This document shows, piece by piece, positions 1 to 9,013 of a DNA stretch of 64,000 nucleotides (its first letter is position 1; each line of letters begins with the position of its first letter). Below the pieces are notes generated by a model. The model was not told the origin of the DNA and made no database searches. It was given only the letters and a program-made list of their open reading frames with translations. A program made the translations under genes and the position numbers. The stretch lies in the NCBI GenBank assembly GCA_963720265.1, contig CAVRET010000002.1, forward strand, positions 750,069 to 814,068. The letters run 5' to 3'. The DNA comes from an uncultured bacterium (lineage in GTDB: Bacteria; Patescibacteriota; Saccharimonadia; UBA4664).

Positions 1-231
1 CTTCAGCTGTGCCCGCACGAGTAGCACTGACCCCGCCAGCCCCACGAGTGCACCCAATATCGTGAGCCACGGCCGTGTGCCAAGCCGCAGGTCGGCCCAC
101 AATCCGGCCGATACCAATACCGCCGGGCACACAAACATGCGCCACGTCGTGTCAGCTATACTCACAATTAAACTCAGGGCGTTGTCCCGATCCTGCCGGG
201 GGCGCTCTGCCTGGGGTTCACTACTTCTCAT
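1..231 (-). CDS. AtpZ/AtpI-family (ATP synthase protein I-like) membrane protein, runs off the window edge
   Basis: Manual translation from ATG 231: MRSSEPQ...IADTTWRMFVCPAVLVSAGLWADLRLGTRPWLTILGALVGLAGSVLLVRAQLK. The GxWxD...TxPW two-TM pattern fits the family; TAAGAT lies 8 nt upstream. Confidence 0.7.
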   Translation of the reverse strand, partial: MRSSEPQAERPRQDRDNALSLIVSIADTTWRMFVCPAVLVSAGLWADLRLGTRPWLTILGALVGLAGSVLLVRAQLK

Positions 232-358
232 TTACCGGCATCTTACCAGATTTAGCCTCACTTAGCAACGCCTAAGGGTCTTGATATTACGCGCTCAGCA
301 GGGCATCATACTCGCACCTATCGTCGTTCTCCACAATCAAAGAACAGGACCTGGCGAC

Positions 359-1105
359 ATGGATACTGGATCCTATGCATCAGTGGCACTAGGCACTTTC
401 TTTGATGAGCTCGTTCAGCTCATCAACGGCCCGGAACCCGAGGAACTCATCGACCTAACTGGCCGGCGAGTCGCCCCCCGGCTCATGGTTACCTTGCTAG
501 GGCCTGGGCCATACACGCCCGGCGGCGCAGACCCGCGGCTCAGGCCGGAGCTGGCCCGGCAGTTGCTCGATGACACGGCGTTTGCTCTCGAAGCGCTTTA
601 TGAGCATGCTTACCTCCGCCAAGGGCAGGTCGACCTGCACGCAAAGGATCGGCCCACAGCGGTGCATCTGGTGCTAGCGCACTGGGCCCGGGTCAAGTGT
701 ATGCATCTGGTCGCCAGTTATGGAGCCGCAATCCCGCTGGACGAGCGTATCGCAGCCGGAGCTCAGCTGCTCACGAGCCGTTTCGAGTACTGGCCCTTCA
801 AGATCACGGAAACAGGCATCAGCAAGCAGGCCATGATCTTGGCGCAAATCTTCTCACCACAGCAGGCGGGGGGCATGCAAAAGGTCTATCGCCTGCTCGG
901 CGCCGGACATCTCACCGATGCCTGTCTGACGCTCTGGAGATACGAGCACGGCTTCAGATTCCTAGACGACGAAGACCACCACGCGGCCGGGATGGCGTGG
1001 CTACAGTTCGCCCGGGCCCTGCAGGGCAAGCTACTGGAGGGAACCGGTCGCTCAGAGCCGCTACCGCAGTTGCTTGTGCCGCCCAGTTTGCACGCAGTCG
1101 GCTAG
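359..1105 (+). CDS. orphan hypothetical protein, paralog of 12168-12908
   Basis: Long ORF (track 281..1105); ATG 359 follows AGGA; 3' hairpin; shares motifs with the 12168 ORF. Confidence 0.7.
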   Translation: MDTGSYASVALGTFFDELVQLINGPEPEELIDLTGRRVAPRLMVTLLGPGPYTPGGADPRLRPELARQLLDDTAFALEALYEHAYLRQGQVDLHAKDRPTAVHLVLAHWARVKCMHLVASYGAAIPLDERIAAGAQLLTSRFEYWPFKITETGISKQAMILAQIFSPQQAGGMQKVYRLLGAGHLTDACLTLWRYEHGFRFLDDEDHHAAGMAWLQFARALQGKLLEGTGRSEPLPQLLVPPSLHAVG

Positions 1106-1122
1106 GCCTCACCAACGGTTCA

Positions 1123-1171
1123 AGCGACCCATGAAGACGGCCCATGCCCCGCTTCATGGGTCGCTCTTCAT
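1123..1171 (+). repeat. 3' hairpin element copy 1 (two alternative stems)
   Basis: AGCGACCCATGAAG (1123-1136) pairs with CTTCATGGGTCGCT (1152-1165); closely related element at 12914-12960. Confidence 0.8.
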
Positions 1172-1273
1172 ATCCGGGGCCGGTCCGGCACAATTATCCC
1201 TGGATTTCCCAGATCAACAAGCTTGTGGTATAACTATCACATCAAGCCGGCCCCGACACCGGGAGGTGATCAC

Positions 1274-1546
1274 ATGGTTGGCCTTGAGCTCTCTCGTACT
1301 GCCAAATACTGCGCGGACGAAGTTGCCTGCTACCGGCGTCGACTGGAACTCTGGGCGCAGGACCTGTTTGATATGCTGCCCAGACGCATGCAGATAGCAA
1401 TAACGGTTGTCTTCTGCGTAGCCGTGCCTCTAATCCTGGTGCTGGTACTCGTGCTGCTCGAGGACATCTCGCCTTGGGTAGTGCGGTCATACGGTGCAGC
1501 GATGGGTGGCATGCAGCCTTGCCGCGATTTTTGGTGGCATGCCTAA
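1274..1546 (+). CDS. hypothetical membrane protein (possibly 5' half of a frameshifted gene)
   Basis: GGGAGGT SD before ATG 1274; hydrophobic segment IAITVVFCVAVPLILVLVLVLL. Confidence 0.55.
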   Translation: MVGLELSRTAKYCADEVACYRRRLELWAQDLFDMLPRRMQIAITVVFCVAVPLILVLVLVLLEDISPWVVRSYGAAMGGMQPCRDFWWHA

Positions 1547-1952
1547 GGAAATCATCGAGAATTTCCGCACCAAAACCGCTCCCAGGACGCTGCGAAAATT
1601 CCTATCCTGGGGATTCGCGGCCTACCTGATGCGCACGGTCTACGCCGGCTCTATCGGGGATTTTCTCACTGCCGTGGCCGCTCTACCCGGAGCCCTCGGC
1701 GCCGCCATTTTGCTCATACAGCAGTACATCTATCGGGCACCGCAAGTGGCGAACATTCCCGTGCGAGTGCAGCCTATGCCAGTTGAGGGAGATGGCGTCA
1801 CGTACATGTCCGTCGTAATAACCTGCGGGAGCTTGGCCGAAGCAGATGGGCAACCTGTTACCTGGGCGCGGCCGGGCGAACCGTTTTTTACCTTCGAGTG
1901 CTGGGAAGGGCGCACCACTGTGGGCACATACTGTCGCCAACTCGATCCGTAA
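1494..1952 (+). CDS. hypothetical membrane protein (possibly 3' half of the same gene)
   Basis: Overlapping ORF with hydrophobic segments; followed by a long hairpin. Confidence 0.5.
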   Translation: MQRWVACSLAAIFGGMPKEIIENFRTKTAPRTLRKFLSWGFAAYLMRTVYAGSIGDFLTAVAALPGALGAAILLIQQYIYRAPQVANIPVRVQPMPVEGDGVTYMSVVITCGSLAEADGQPVTWARPGEPFFTFECWEGRTTVGTYCRQLDP

Positions 1953-1969
1953 AACGGCGAGGAGCGGTT

Positions 1970-2026
1970 GGCCCGTAAAAGAGGGTGGTGAATTCTGCCG
2001 AAGGAGACCACCCGCTTTTGCGGGCC
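1970..2026 (+). terminator. long imperfect hairpin
   Basis: GGCCCGTAAAAGAGGGTGGT ... ACCACCCGCTTTTGCGGGCC. Confidence 0.6.
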
Positions 2027-2061
2027 TCCTTCATGCCCTGTGGTGGTAAACTACTAATGCT

Positions 2062-2643
2062 ATGACCGGACGCACACACGACGCCGCGGCTCTGACCGCG
2101 CTCATCATTGCCGCCATTCTGTACCCGCCGGGTAGTATTACGCTGGCAACGGCACTTATTGCTCTGTTGGCCAACCAAATCGGCGGCATCACGCCCGACA
2201 TCGACCAACCCACAGCCCCGTTCTGGCGCAACCTGCCGGCCGAGGGGTTCTTGGGTAGGCTATTCGATAAAGCAGCCGGCGGTCATCGTTTCCTCACGCA
2301 CTCAATCATTGGTGTGGCGGCGTTCTGTTGGCTGGCGCACTGGCTGCTGGTCTTTCTGCATCCCATTATGCCCCACGTGGACATCACGCTCGTGTGGTAC
2401 GCCTTTGTAATCGGCATTGTTAGTCACCTCATAATGGACACGTTCACCAAAGAGGGCGTGCCGTGGCTGCTGCCCATACCTATTAAATTTGGCCTGCCAC
2501 CCTTCAAAGACCTGCGCGTCACCACCGGTAAATCGGTCGAGATGTTCATTATTTTTCCCGGGCTGCTTGTGCTCGACGTTTGGCTGATTGCCCGGCACTA
2601 TCACGCGCTCGTGGCCTATCTGCACCTACATTTGCACTCATAA
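2062..2643 (+). CDS. YdjM-type metal-dependent membrane hydrolase
   Basis: MTGRTH, PDID, GHRFLTHS, SHLIMDTFTKEG motifs with TM helices. Confidence 0.9.
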   Translation: MTGRTHDAAALTALIIAAILYPPGSITLATALIALLANQIGGITPDIDQPTAPFWRNLPAEGFLGRLFDKAAGGHRFLTHSIIGVAAFCWLAHWLLVFLHPIMPHVDITLVWYAFVIGIVSHLIMDTFTKEGVPWLLPIPIKFGLPPFKDLRVTTGKSVEMFIIFPGLLVLDVWLIARHYHALVAYLHLHLHS

Positions 2644-2661
2644 AATCTAAACAGTCAGCCG

Positions 2662-2702
2662 GTGGTTGGTGCGGGGCGCTTAAGGCCCCAGCACCAACCC
2701 AC
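2662..2702. terminator. hairpin between convergent genes
   Basis: GGTTGGTGCGGGGC ... GCCCCAGCACCAACC. Confidence 0.6.
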
Positions 2703-2725
2703 CACAACACTTCGCACGACGAGCG

Positions 2726-3157
2726 CTACTCCTCGCACCTCCGCGCCTTGGCCTCGGCGGCCAGCACATAACGGTGCATCGGGAGTGAGCAGAGGTTCGG
2801 GTTGCTCATGGCGTAGACCATGAGCATGCGAGCGAGCGAGTTGAACGCGGCGTCCACGCTCCCGGCCGCGACCTCGTACGCGTAGGTGAACCAGTAATGG
2901 TCCGGCCACTGATGGTAGTTGAAGCGCCGGTGTCGAATCCTACTCATCGCACCGACCACCAGTCGACCGGTCACCAGGTCGATCTCCTCGACCCGGATCG
3001 CGAAGTTGGGATCGCCCAGCAAGGGGACCAGCTTCGCGCACGCTTCTCCTAGCGTCATCTGCGCCCAGCCGGCAAAACCGAAAGTCACGGAATTCTCGTA
3101 AGGGTGATGCGTGGCGGCGCAGGCAGTTACAGCGATCAAATCATCATTACCTTCCAT
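2726..3157 (-). CDS. orphan hypothetical protein
   Basis: GAGGAAAGGA SD; GC3-rich codons; ends at a hairpin. Confidence 0.65.
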   Translation of the reverse strand: MEGNDDLIAVTACAATHHPYENSVTFGFAGWAQMTLGEACAKLVPLLGDPNFAIRVEEIDLVTGRLVVGAMSRIRHRRFNYHQWPDHYWFTYAYEVAAGSVDAAFNSLARMLMVYAMSNPNLCSLPMHRYVLAAEAKARRCEE

Positions 3158-3204
3158 GCCCGTCCTTTCCTCGTTGCTATTATGGTGGGCTGACTATTTG
3201 GATT

Positions 3205-4449
3205 TCAATTGGGTTCTGCCGGACCCGCGCCTCCTTTCCAGGAGAACGCGGGCCCGGCTTGTTCCATCACTTCGTGGCGAGCTTCCGGTCGGCGAACATC
3301 GCCGCGCAGGGCACGTCGGCCTTGTGGAGTTCCGTCGAGGAACACCGGCCGGCCGCCGAGCAGGAAGTCCGGCTGCTTGCCGTCGACCAGCGCTGGCGAC
3401 ACGATCACCGTGTCTCCGGGCGCCAGCTGCTCGCCGCGCGGCCCCTTGGGGTCGTGCCGCAGGATCACCGGACCTTTGGGGGTCTTGATGGTCACCTGCA
3501 GCGCGCGCCCACCGGGCATCGGCACCGGCTGCACCTTAAGGAATTCGATGTCCGCGTCCCGGAGCGCGAGCTCCAGATCGTGGTCGTATTCCATCATGTG
3601 CCGCCAGGTCAGGAGCACCGGCTCGCCGCCAATCGGCTCGGGCGGGCGGAAACCCCGCCGAAAGCCCTCGGCCAGCCAGCGCCAGCGAGCCGGAGTCTGC
3701 GCCGGACGATCCTTCCAGAACGTCTGGTGCATCTCGTGCCGCAGGTGCTGGAACAGCTCCACGCTCCGCCGCCCGCGCGCGTTGTAGCGCACGAGAACAT
3801 AGCCCTGCAGCACCAGGTTCCACGGGTGAAGCGAATTCACCCCCGCCGCGGCCTCGATCCGCATCGGGATCGGCAGGCCGAGGATCACCTGGAGCTGCTC
3901 TTCGCTGTCGATCATGTAGAGGTGCTTGACGACCTCGGCCATGACCTCGTTGAAGAGCTCCCGGTTGCTGAGCATGCTGGCCAGCGCCGCGTGGTGCTTC
4001 AGCACCTCGTGGGCGTTGTCCAGTGCCAGCTTGCGGGCGAAGTCGCGCAGCGCCTCGGGCGCACCACCGTAGAGCACCTGGGCCGACGCTTCGTCGTTCC
4101 AGAACGCCTGCCGGTGGTAGGAACGGAAGTGCCAGTTGTCGTGCGTCTGCGCGAGCCGTTCGAACAGGGCCCGCACCTCTTCACGGCTGTAGCCGGCCGC
4201 CAGCAGCTCCGGCACGTACTTGAGCCGGACGCCGTTGCCGTAGACCTCGTCGCCACCCCACTCCACGAGCGGAACCTCGACGAACTTCCGGCCCAGGCTG
4301 CCGAGCAGGTCGTCCGATGCGCCCAGTTCAAGCGCTTCGAACAGTACCCGCGCCGGCAGGTTGTCCTCGTCCGGATACCTCCGGCCGAGCTCTTCGCCGA
4401 CGGCCGCATCGCGCATGCGAACGATGGTCTCGTTGTCCATGTCGTTCAT
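3205..4449 (-). CDS. orphan hypothetical protein (414 aa; C-terminus possibly frameshifted)
   Basis: GGAGGAG SD; strong GC3 bias; a terminator-like hairpin lies inside the last codons (3218-3258). Confidence 0.75.
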   Translation of the reverse strand: MNDMDNETIVRMRDAAVGEELGRRYPDEDNLPARVLFEALELGASDDLLGSLGRKFVEVPLVEWGGDEVYGNGVRLKYVPELLAAGYSREEVRALFERLAQTHDNWHFRSYHRQAFWNDEASAQVLYGGAPEALRDFARKLALDNAHEVLKHHAALASMLSNRELFNEVMAEVVKHLYMIDSEEQLQVILGLPIPMRIEAAAGVNSLHPWNLVLQGYVLVRYNARGRRSVELFQHLRHEMHQTFWKDRPAQTPARWRWLAEGFRRGFRPPEPIGGEPVLLTWRHMMEYDHDLELALRDADIEFLKVQPVPMPGGRALQVTIKTPKGPVILRHDPKGPRGEQLAPGDTVIVSPALVDGKQPDFLLGGRPVFLDGTPQGRRALRGDVRRPEARHEVMEQAGPAFSWKGGAGPAEPN

Positions 4450-4563
4450 GACGTCTCCTCCGATGTTTCGAACGAATGTTCTAAACTTGGCGCGGGACCA
4501 TCAGCCCCACACCTCGGATTCGCGCGCCGCGACGACAGACAGGTTGAAGTGTGAACTTGTCAG

Positions 4564-4626
4564 TCAGAAGGAGGTGAGGGGCGCCCTATGGCGCTCGTCC
4601 CAACGTCCTCTGAACCTACTCTTCAT
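4564..4626 (-). CDS. putative 20-aa upstream peptide MKSRFRGRWDERHRAPLTSF
   Basis: GGGAGGG SD ahead of ATG 4626; lies between an AT-rich promoter zone and the 4449 gene. Confidence 0.35.
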   Translation of the reverse strand: MKSRFRGRWDERHRAPLTSF

Positions 4627-4721
4627 CGCGCCAGTCCCTCCCTTCAAGGTAGAATGTGGTTCTTGCGGATTTAGATCGCAATATTATAGCATGAAAATAA
4701 TAAATTATCAATAGCCAACTT

Positions 4722-5630
4722 TCCCTGAATCTAAAAACCTAGCCAACTAGAAAACGAGCGGGCGCATACTGTTTCTTGTAAGAGAAAACAAACATGCAAC
4801 CACTCGCTCTCGAATCACATCATATCGTGGATTTATTTGTCGTCATAGACGACGCCGTAGCAGAACCGACCCGGCCGCAGGGTGGCCGGCCAAAACTTGT
4901 TCGTGACTCAGAAATCATTACCCTTTTAATCTGGAATTGTATATCGGATACGCGTCAGCGTACCCTTAAATCCATCTTTCATTGGGCCTTGTTGTACCAC
5001 CGTCGTGACGTGCCCAGGCTCGGTACATATGGGGCTTTTGTGGCCCATTGCCACCGTCTTTTGCCTCAACTTCTCGAGCTTTTGGGGCAGATGCTGGTTC
5101 CAGCCGAGATCCAGCTAGTAGATTCAACCAGGCTGCCGGTGTGCCGTAACCACCGGGCCGACAGTTACAAAGTGGCAGCCGGTCTGGCGGGCTGGGGTAA
5201 AAACTGGCAGGGCTTTTGGTTTGGATTTAAGTTGCACGCGGCGGTGGACGTGGAAGGGTGGCTTTCGGCCGTGACCTTTACTCCAGCTGACGTCTACGAC
5301 GGTCATGTGACGCCCGGGCTGGTACGGCCCGAAACTAAAATTGTAGTGGGCGACAGCCATTACGGCGACAAAATCGCCCGGGAAAAGCTTTGGCGCGAGC
5401 ATGGTGTAGTGGTTGTAGCACCGGTTCATTACCGGCAAGTTTCTCAAATTATGGCTTCGTGGCAACAAAAACTTCTTGCTGCACGAGTCAAAGTCGAATG
5501 CACATTTGACTACTTAAAAGAACATCTGAACTTAGTTAGTTCATTCCCGCGGAGCAAAAACGGCTATCTGCTCCATTACGTCAGGATTTTGCTGGGCTAC
5601 CAGATGGGACGGGGTTTTTAGATTCAGGGT
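4722..5630 (+). mobile_element. IS982-family insertion sequence (~909 bp)
   Basis: 17-bp perfect terminal inverted repeats CCCTGAATCTAAAAACC (4723-4739) / GGTTTTTAGATTCAGGG (5613-5629) around a DDE transposase. Confidence 0.85.
4794..5621 (+). CDS. IS982-family DDE transposase
   Basis: DSEIITL, VDSTRLPVC, WFGFKLH, GDSHY, RVKVECTF motifs; stop codon lies inside the right IR. Confidence 0.9.
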   Translation: MQPLALESHHIVDLFVVIDDAVAEPTRPQGGRPKLVRDSEIITLLIWNCISDTRQRTLKSIFHWALLYHRRDVPRLGTYGAFVAHCHRLLPQLLELLGQMLVPAEIQLVDSTRLPVCRNHRADSYKVAAGLAGWGKNWQGFWFGFKLHAAVDVEGWLSAVTFTPADVYDGHVTPGLVRPETKIVVGDSHYGDKIAREKLWREHGVVVVAPVHYRQVSQIMASWQQKLLAARVKVECTFDYLKEHLNLVSSFPRSKNGYLLHYVRILLGYQMGRGF

Positions 5631-5641
5631 TAACACATCAC

Positions 5642-5682
5642 TTAACACAGCGAAGCCCCGGAATGGGGATCCGCTGTGTTAA
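5642..5682. terminator. hairpin downstream of the 5727 gene
   Basis: TTAACACAGCG ... CGCTGTGTTAA. Confidence 0.6.
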
Positions 5683-5726
5683 GCATGCGCATCACCCCTT
5701 CCAGGGCTGGTAAGTTGTGGCCGGTG

Positions 5727-6584
5727 TTACTCGTCGGCCGTCTCGCGTGGCACGCCGGCGACGTCAAGAACGGCGCCGATCAGTTGGTAGTCGGTCCCGA
5801 AAGGCCAAAACTGCGCACAGCCCCGCGCCCACGGCGGAGCCGGGACCTCGTGCGGCGAGTCGATTGGCTGCCAGGCGATGAACCGCACCCGGAGCCGGAC
5901 AGCGGCGATCAGGTGCCGAGTCGACGCATTGGTGGGTGCAATGTCCCCGTGCTCTCCCTGGATCTGCTCACGAACCAGCAGAACCGGTTCGACCCCGGCG
6001 CCCAGTAGCCTCTCGCATCGCTCGCTTGCATCGACTGCCGATTCGGCGAAGTAGGACTGGAGTTGGGTGCCGGGAACGGTCTGGGCCATGAGCTCGGACA
6101 GGTACTGGACATGATGGTCGTTTTCACTAGCTACCACCAGGCTCACCCGCGCGAGCGGCAGGCGCTGCCACCACAAATACTGGCGCTTCACCTCCGCGAA
6201 TACGAGTTCCAGGAGGCCGCTGGCGCTCTGGCCGAAATCGCCCCACCAGGCCTTGCCGAAGCCGGTCTGCTCATCCCACAGCACAACCGCCGGCTGAGAC
6301 CGAGCTCCCAGGCGCGATTCGTGCGGCTTGAACAGCCGCCAGTCGGGCGCCCCAGTACCAGGCGCGTGATCGTACGCGGCGTGGCCTACCGCTAGCCTAG
6401 CCTCCACGTCGCCGGGCCCCTCGTTTCCGATGTCAACGCGCTTAATCCGGCGCAAGCCGAGCTCGCGGTCAAGCTGCAGGTAGCCGAGCGGCAGTTCGCC
6501 ATGCGGGCCATTGATCGGTACAACGACACTACCAATCGGCCCCGCGGGGACCTCGCCCATTGCGACGTCGTGTCCATACAGCAT
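5727..6584 (-). CDS. orphan hypothetical protein
   Basis: GAGAGGAG SD before ATG 6584 (track ORF 5727..6644). Confidence 0.7.
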   Translation of the reverse strand: MLYGHDVAMGEVPAGPIGSVVVPINGPHGELPLGYLQLDRELGLRRIKRVDIGNEGPGDVEARLAVGHAAYDHAPGTGAPDWRLFKPHESRLGARSQPAVVLWDEQTGFGKAWWGDFGQSASGLLELVFAEVKRQYLWWQRLPLARVSLVVASENDHHVQYLSELMAQTVPGTQLQSYFAESAVDASERCERLLGAGVEPVLLVREQIQGEHGDIAPTNASTRHLIAAVRLRVRFIAWQPIDSPHEVPAPPWARGCAQFWPFGTDYQLIGAVLDVAGVPRETADE

Positions 6585-6677
6585 CGTCGTTCTCCTCTCA
6601 CGGTTCGGTGTCTGGTACGAACAAAAATGATAGCCTAGAAACAAGCAAAGTCAACCGCGGCTGTCAGCTGTCATACA

Positions 6678-7061
6678 TCAGCCCCGCTGCTCCAGCTCGC
6701 GGATCGCGCCGTGTCCCAGGCCAAAGTAATGCGCTACCTCGTGCCACACGGTTTGGTGCACCAGGCGCTCAAGCTCGGCTTCGTCTCGCGCCACCCACTC
6801 GTGCGGCCGCTGGAATATTGTAATCGTATCCGGCGCCACGCCGTTGTAACCATTACCACGAGCCGGCAAAGGAATGCCTTGATACAGGCCCAAAAGCGTA
6901 CCGCGCCCGTGCAATACTCCACCGGATGTCAGCTGCTGCCGGCTCGGCTCGTCCGCCACCAAAAACGCCACATTCTCGAGATGCGACTTAAACCGTTCCG
7001 GGATCTCGGCCACGGCCCGCTCCACCAGCGTCTGAAACTCATCTTCAGAAACATGAATCAT
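6678..7061 (-). CDS. zincin-like metallopeptidase (DUF1025 type)
   Basis: LLGLYQGIP, PDTITIF, HEVAHYFG motifs. Confidence 0.9.
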   Translation of the reverse strand: MIHVSEDEFQTLVERAVAEIPERFKSHLENVAFLVADEPSRQQLTSGGVLHGRGTLLGLYQGIPLPARGNGYNGVAPDTITIFQRPHEWVARDEAELERLVHQTVWHEVAHYFGLGHGAIRELEQRG

Positions 7062-7139
7062 GCACCCAGCATATATCAAATAAATAATTGCATTTCAGGT
7101 TGGTTCCGGGTGCCTTACTGGCCACCCGGAACCAACCGC

Positions 7140-7733
7140 TTACGGCTGGCACACAAACCGGTAGGTCCGGTCAACCAGCCGCTTCTTCCAGCCCTGCACA
7201 TGGCGGTTGAAGGTTGCCGTGAGCCGCCAGATTGCCGCCGGCGACAGGCTGTAATCTTCCACGATATCCGCTGATGCACCGGCGATCAGATGCATTTGCA
7301 GCTCGGCCTCAACGTTCACCGGGTTCACGACCATGACGATCGCCATGCCGGTGTCAGCTAGCCGGCTCAGGTGGTAGGCGCTGGGTGGTATGTCGGTATC
7401 CGCCGGCACCACAACGGCACGTCTGCCGGCTTTCGTCAGCGCGTCCGCAATCACCGAAGCCGTTTCCCAGTAGTCCCAGTGGTGGGCCGGCTGCCGCACC
7501 ACCAAAACCGGCCGGTCACCGGTCAGCTGCGCGATCTGCTCCGCCACTCTGCCGGCCTGAGCCCTGCCCTCCGTCGTAAGCTCCCACTCGCGGCGATCAG
7601 GACCGCCGGCCGCATCGCACGGCATCACCAGCAAGGCTTCGACGGTCCGCCGCTCTGGCATCGGCAGGGTACCACCGCTCACGGCAAACTGCAGCCGTTG
7701 AAACGCCGACCTCAGCCGGGCTTGACCCCACAT
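7140..7733 (-). CDS. hypothetical protein, degenerate histidine-phosphatase/SixA-like fold
   Basis: WELTTEGRAQAGRVAEQI and ETASVIADAL resemble the family; the RHG motif is absent; GAGGAGG SD. Confidence 0.55.
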   Translation of the reverse strand: MWGQARLRSAFQRLQFAVSGGTLPMPERRTVEALLVMPCDAAGGPDRREWELTTEGRAQAGRVAEQIAQLTGDRPVLVVRQPAHHWDYWETASVIADALTKAGRRAVVVPADTDIPPSAYHLSRLADTGMAIVMVVNPVNVEAELQMHLIAGASADIVEDYSLSPAAIWRLTATFNRHVQGWKKRLVDRTYRFVCQP

Positions 7734-7765
7734 CTCAGGCCTCCTCTCGATTGGCCTCAGAAAAA

Positions 7766-8302
7766 TCAGAACACGTACTGGCGTGACTCCTCGCGTGCGA
7801 CCGTGCCACCGGCCTCGCCCTGTGCGACCATCATGTAGGTCGCAGTGAGCATGACCACGGAGCCGGGCAGCAACTCGGCGTCCTGCAAGTCGATACCGCC
7901 GCGGGCCAGGTCACTGCCGATGTGCTCCGAACTTGCCACTAGCACGATCACTCCACCGAGCTGCTCGAGATACGGATACATGTTCTCTTGCAGCGGAGGA
8001 TAGATATGGTCGTGCGTCATCCTGACGTCGCAGCCGGCGACCTGCATGCGCTCCAGGACCTGCTGTGCCGCCTGTCCATGGAACGCCGGCGCCAGGCCGC
8101 CGTTTATGATCACGATCGGCCGCTGATTGGCCAACTCGACGATCCTCTGTACCGCCCGGTCGAAGATCGCGGCGCTGTCGCCGACGAGCTGCCAGTTGGG
8201 AACGTCGCCGGACGCACCGGTTCCCGGCGGCGATACCATCATGATGACATCGAGGGTCTTTGTGGTGCCGTGCGTCGTGGACTCTGCCGCTGCACTCGTC
8301 AT
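7766..8302 (-). CDS. hypothetical protein, probable distant paralog of 7140-7733
   Basis: Similar layout (W.L..., RPIVII, VIVLV, LLPGSVVMLTATY versus LSPAAIWRLTATF); AGGGAG SD. Confidence 0.6.
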   Translation of the reverse strand: MTSAAAESTTHGTTKTLDVIMMVSPPGTGASGDVPNWQLVGDSAAIFDRAVQRIVELANQRPIVIINGGLAPAFHGQAAQQVLERMQVAGCDVRMTHDHIYPPLQENMYPYLEQLGGVIVLVASSEHIGSDLARGGIDLQDAELLPGSVVMLTATYMMVAQGEAGGTVAREESRQYVF

Positions 8303-8351
8303 CGTACGCTCCCTTGTTCGCTGGATCGAGAATACCTGCTGTTGTTCGCTT

Positions 8352-8443
8352 GGCGTGAATAATATTAAATACTAATATAATAGATGAGTCAATGAGACAA
8401 AAAATCACCGGTGGCCGCGCATACGTTCACGCGCGGCCACCGG
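8352..8443 (-). promoter_or_regulatory. terminator + sigma70 promoter repeat unit A
   Basis: 13-bp stem 8408-8443 with U-tract, then TTGACT-17-TTTAAT and ATTCACGCC. Confidence 0.75.
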
Positions 8444-8471
8444 CTACTTCACGAACCCCCCACTTGGTGAT

Positions 8472-8990
8472 TCAACTGGCCCGCGGCGGCCCGGGCTCCG
8501 GATCCGGCTCCGCGAACATCGTCTCCACCACAATGAGAACGGCGCCTCCTCCAGGCAAGTAGATGTGCAGGAACGGCAGCCCCGCGTCGACACCGAGCTT
8601 CGCGCATAGGCCGCGGGCAGCTAGCTTGACCGCGGCCGGCTCCAGCGGACCGGCCACGACCACCATCCCGCGCTTACCAGGCTCGAGCGACTCGAATCCG
8701 GCAAGCGATGCGAAGGATTCGCCCGGATTCTCCTCGGGCACCGCGATGGTGTAGTCGACATAGGCTCGCCGGGCGGCCGCTTCTTCTACTTGACTCATGC
8801 CCTGCGGCAGTCGCAGTAGCCGCGACAACCGCAGGGTCACGAAGCGGGAGCCCGGGTCAATATCTACTACCTTGGGGTTACCCAGGCGGTGTATCTTGGC
8901 CAGCAGCGTCAGAGCCGCCTCTTTCGTTAGCTTCCCTTCTGCCAGCTGTTGCCGACCCGGGCCGTGCACTGTTACTAGCAATGCGTCCAT
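8472..8990 (-). CDS. hypothetical protein, tandem paralog 1
   Basis: LLVTVHG, VTLRLSRLLRLPQG, DYTIAV, LPGGGAVLIVV, shared with neighbours. Confidence 0.75.
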   Translation of the reverse strand: MDALLVTVHGPGRQQLAEGKLTKEAALTLLAKIHRLGNPKVVDIDPGSRFVTLRLSRLLRLPQGMSQVEEAAARRAYVDYTIAVPEENPGESFASLAGFESLEPGKRGMVVVAGPLEPAAVKLAARGLCAKLGVDAGLPFLHIYLPGGGAVLIVVETMFAEPDPEPGPPRAS

Positions 8991-9013
8991 CGCCCCATCC
9001 TTCCACTCGTTTG

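Noticed and set aside
3259-4554. 431-aa plus-strand ORF
   Set aside because: Antisense shadow of the GC3-biased, SD-led 3205-4449 gene; no RBS.
5640-5684. attC-like ends ACTTAAC...GTTAAGC
   Set aside because: Only 45 bp, shorter than typical attC; other hairpins lack these ends and no integron integrase is present; better explained as a terminator.
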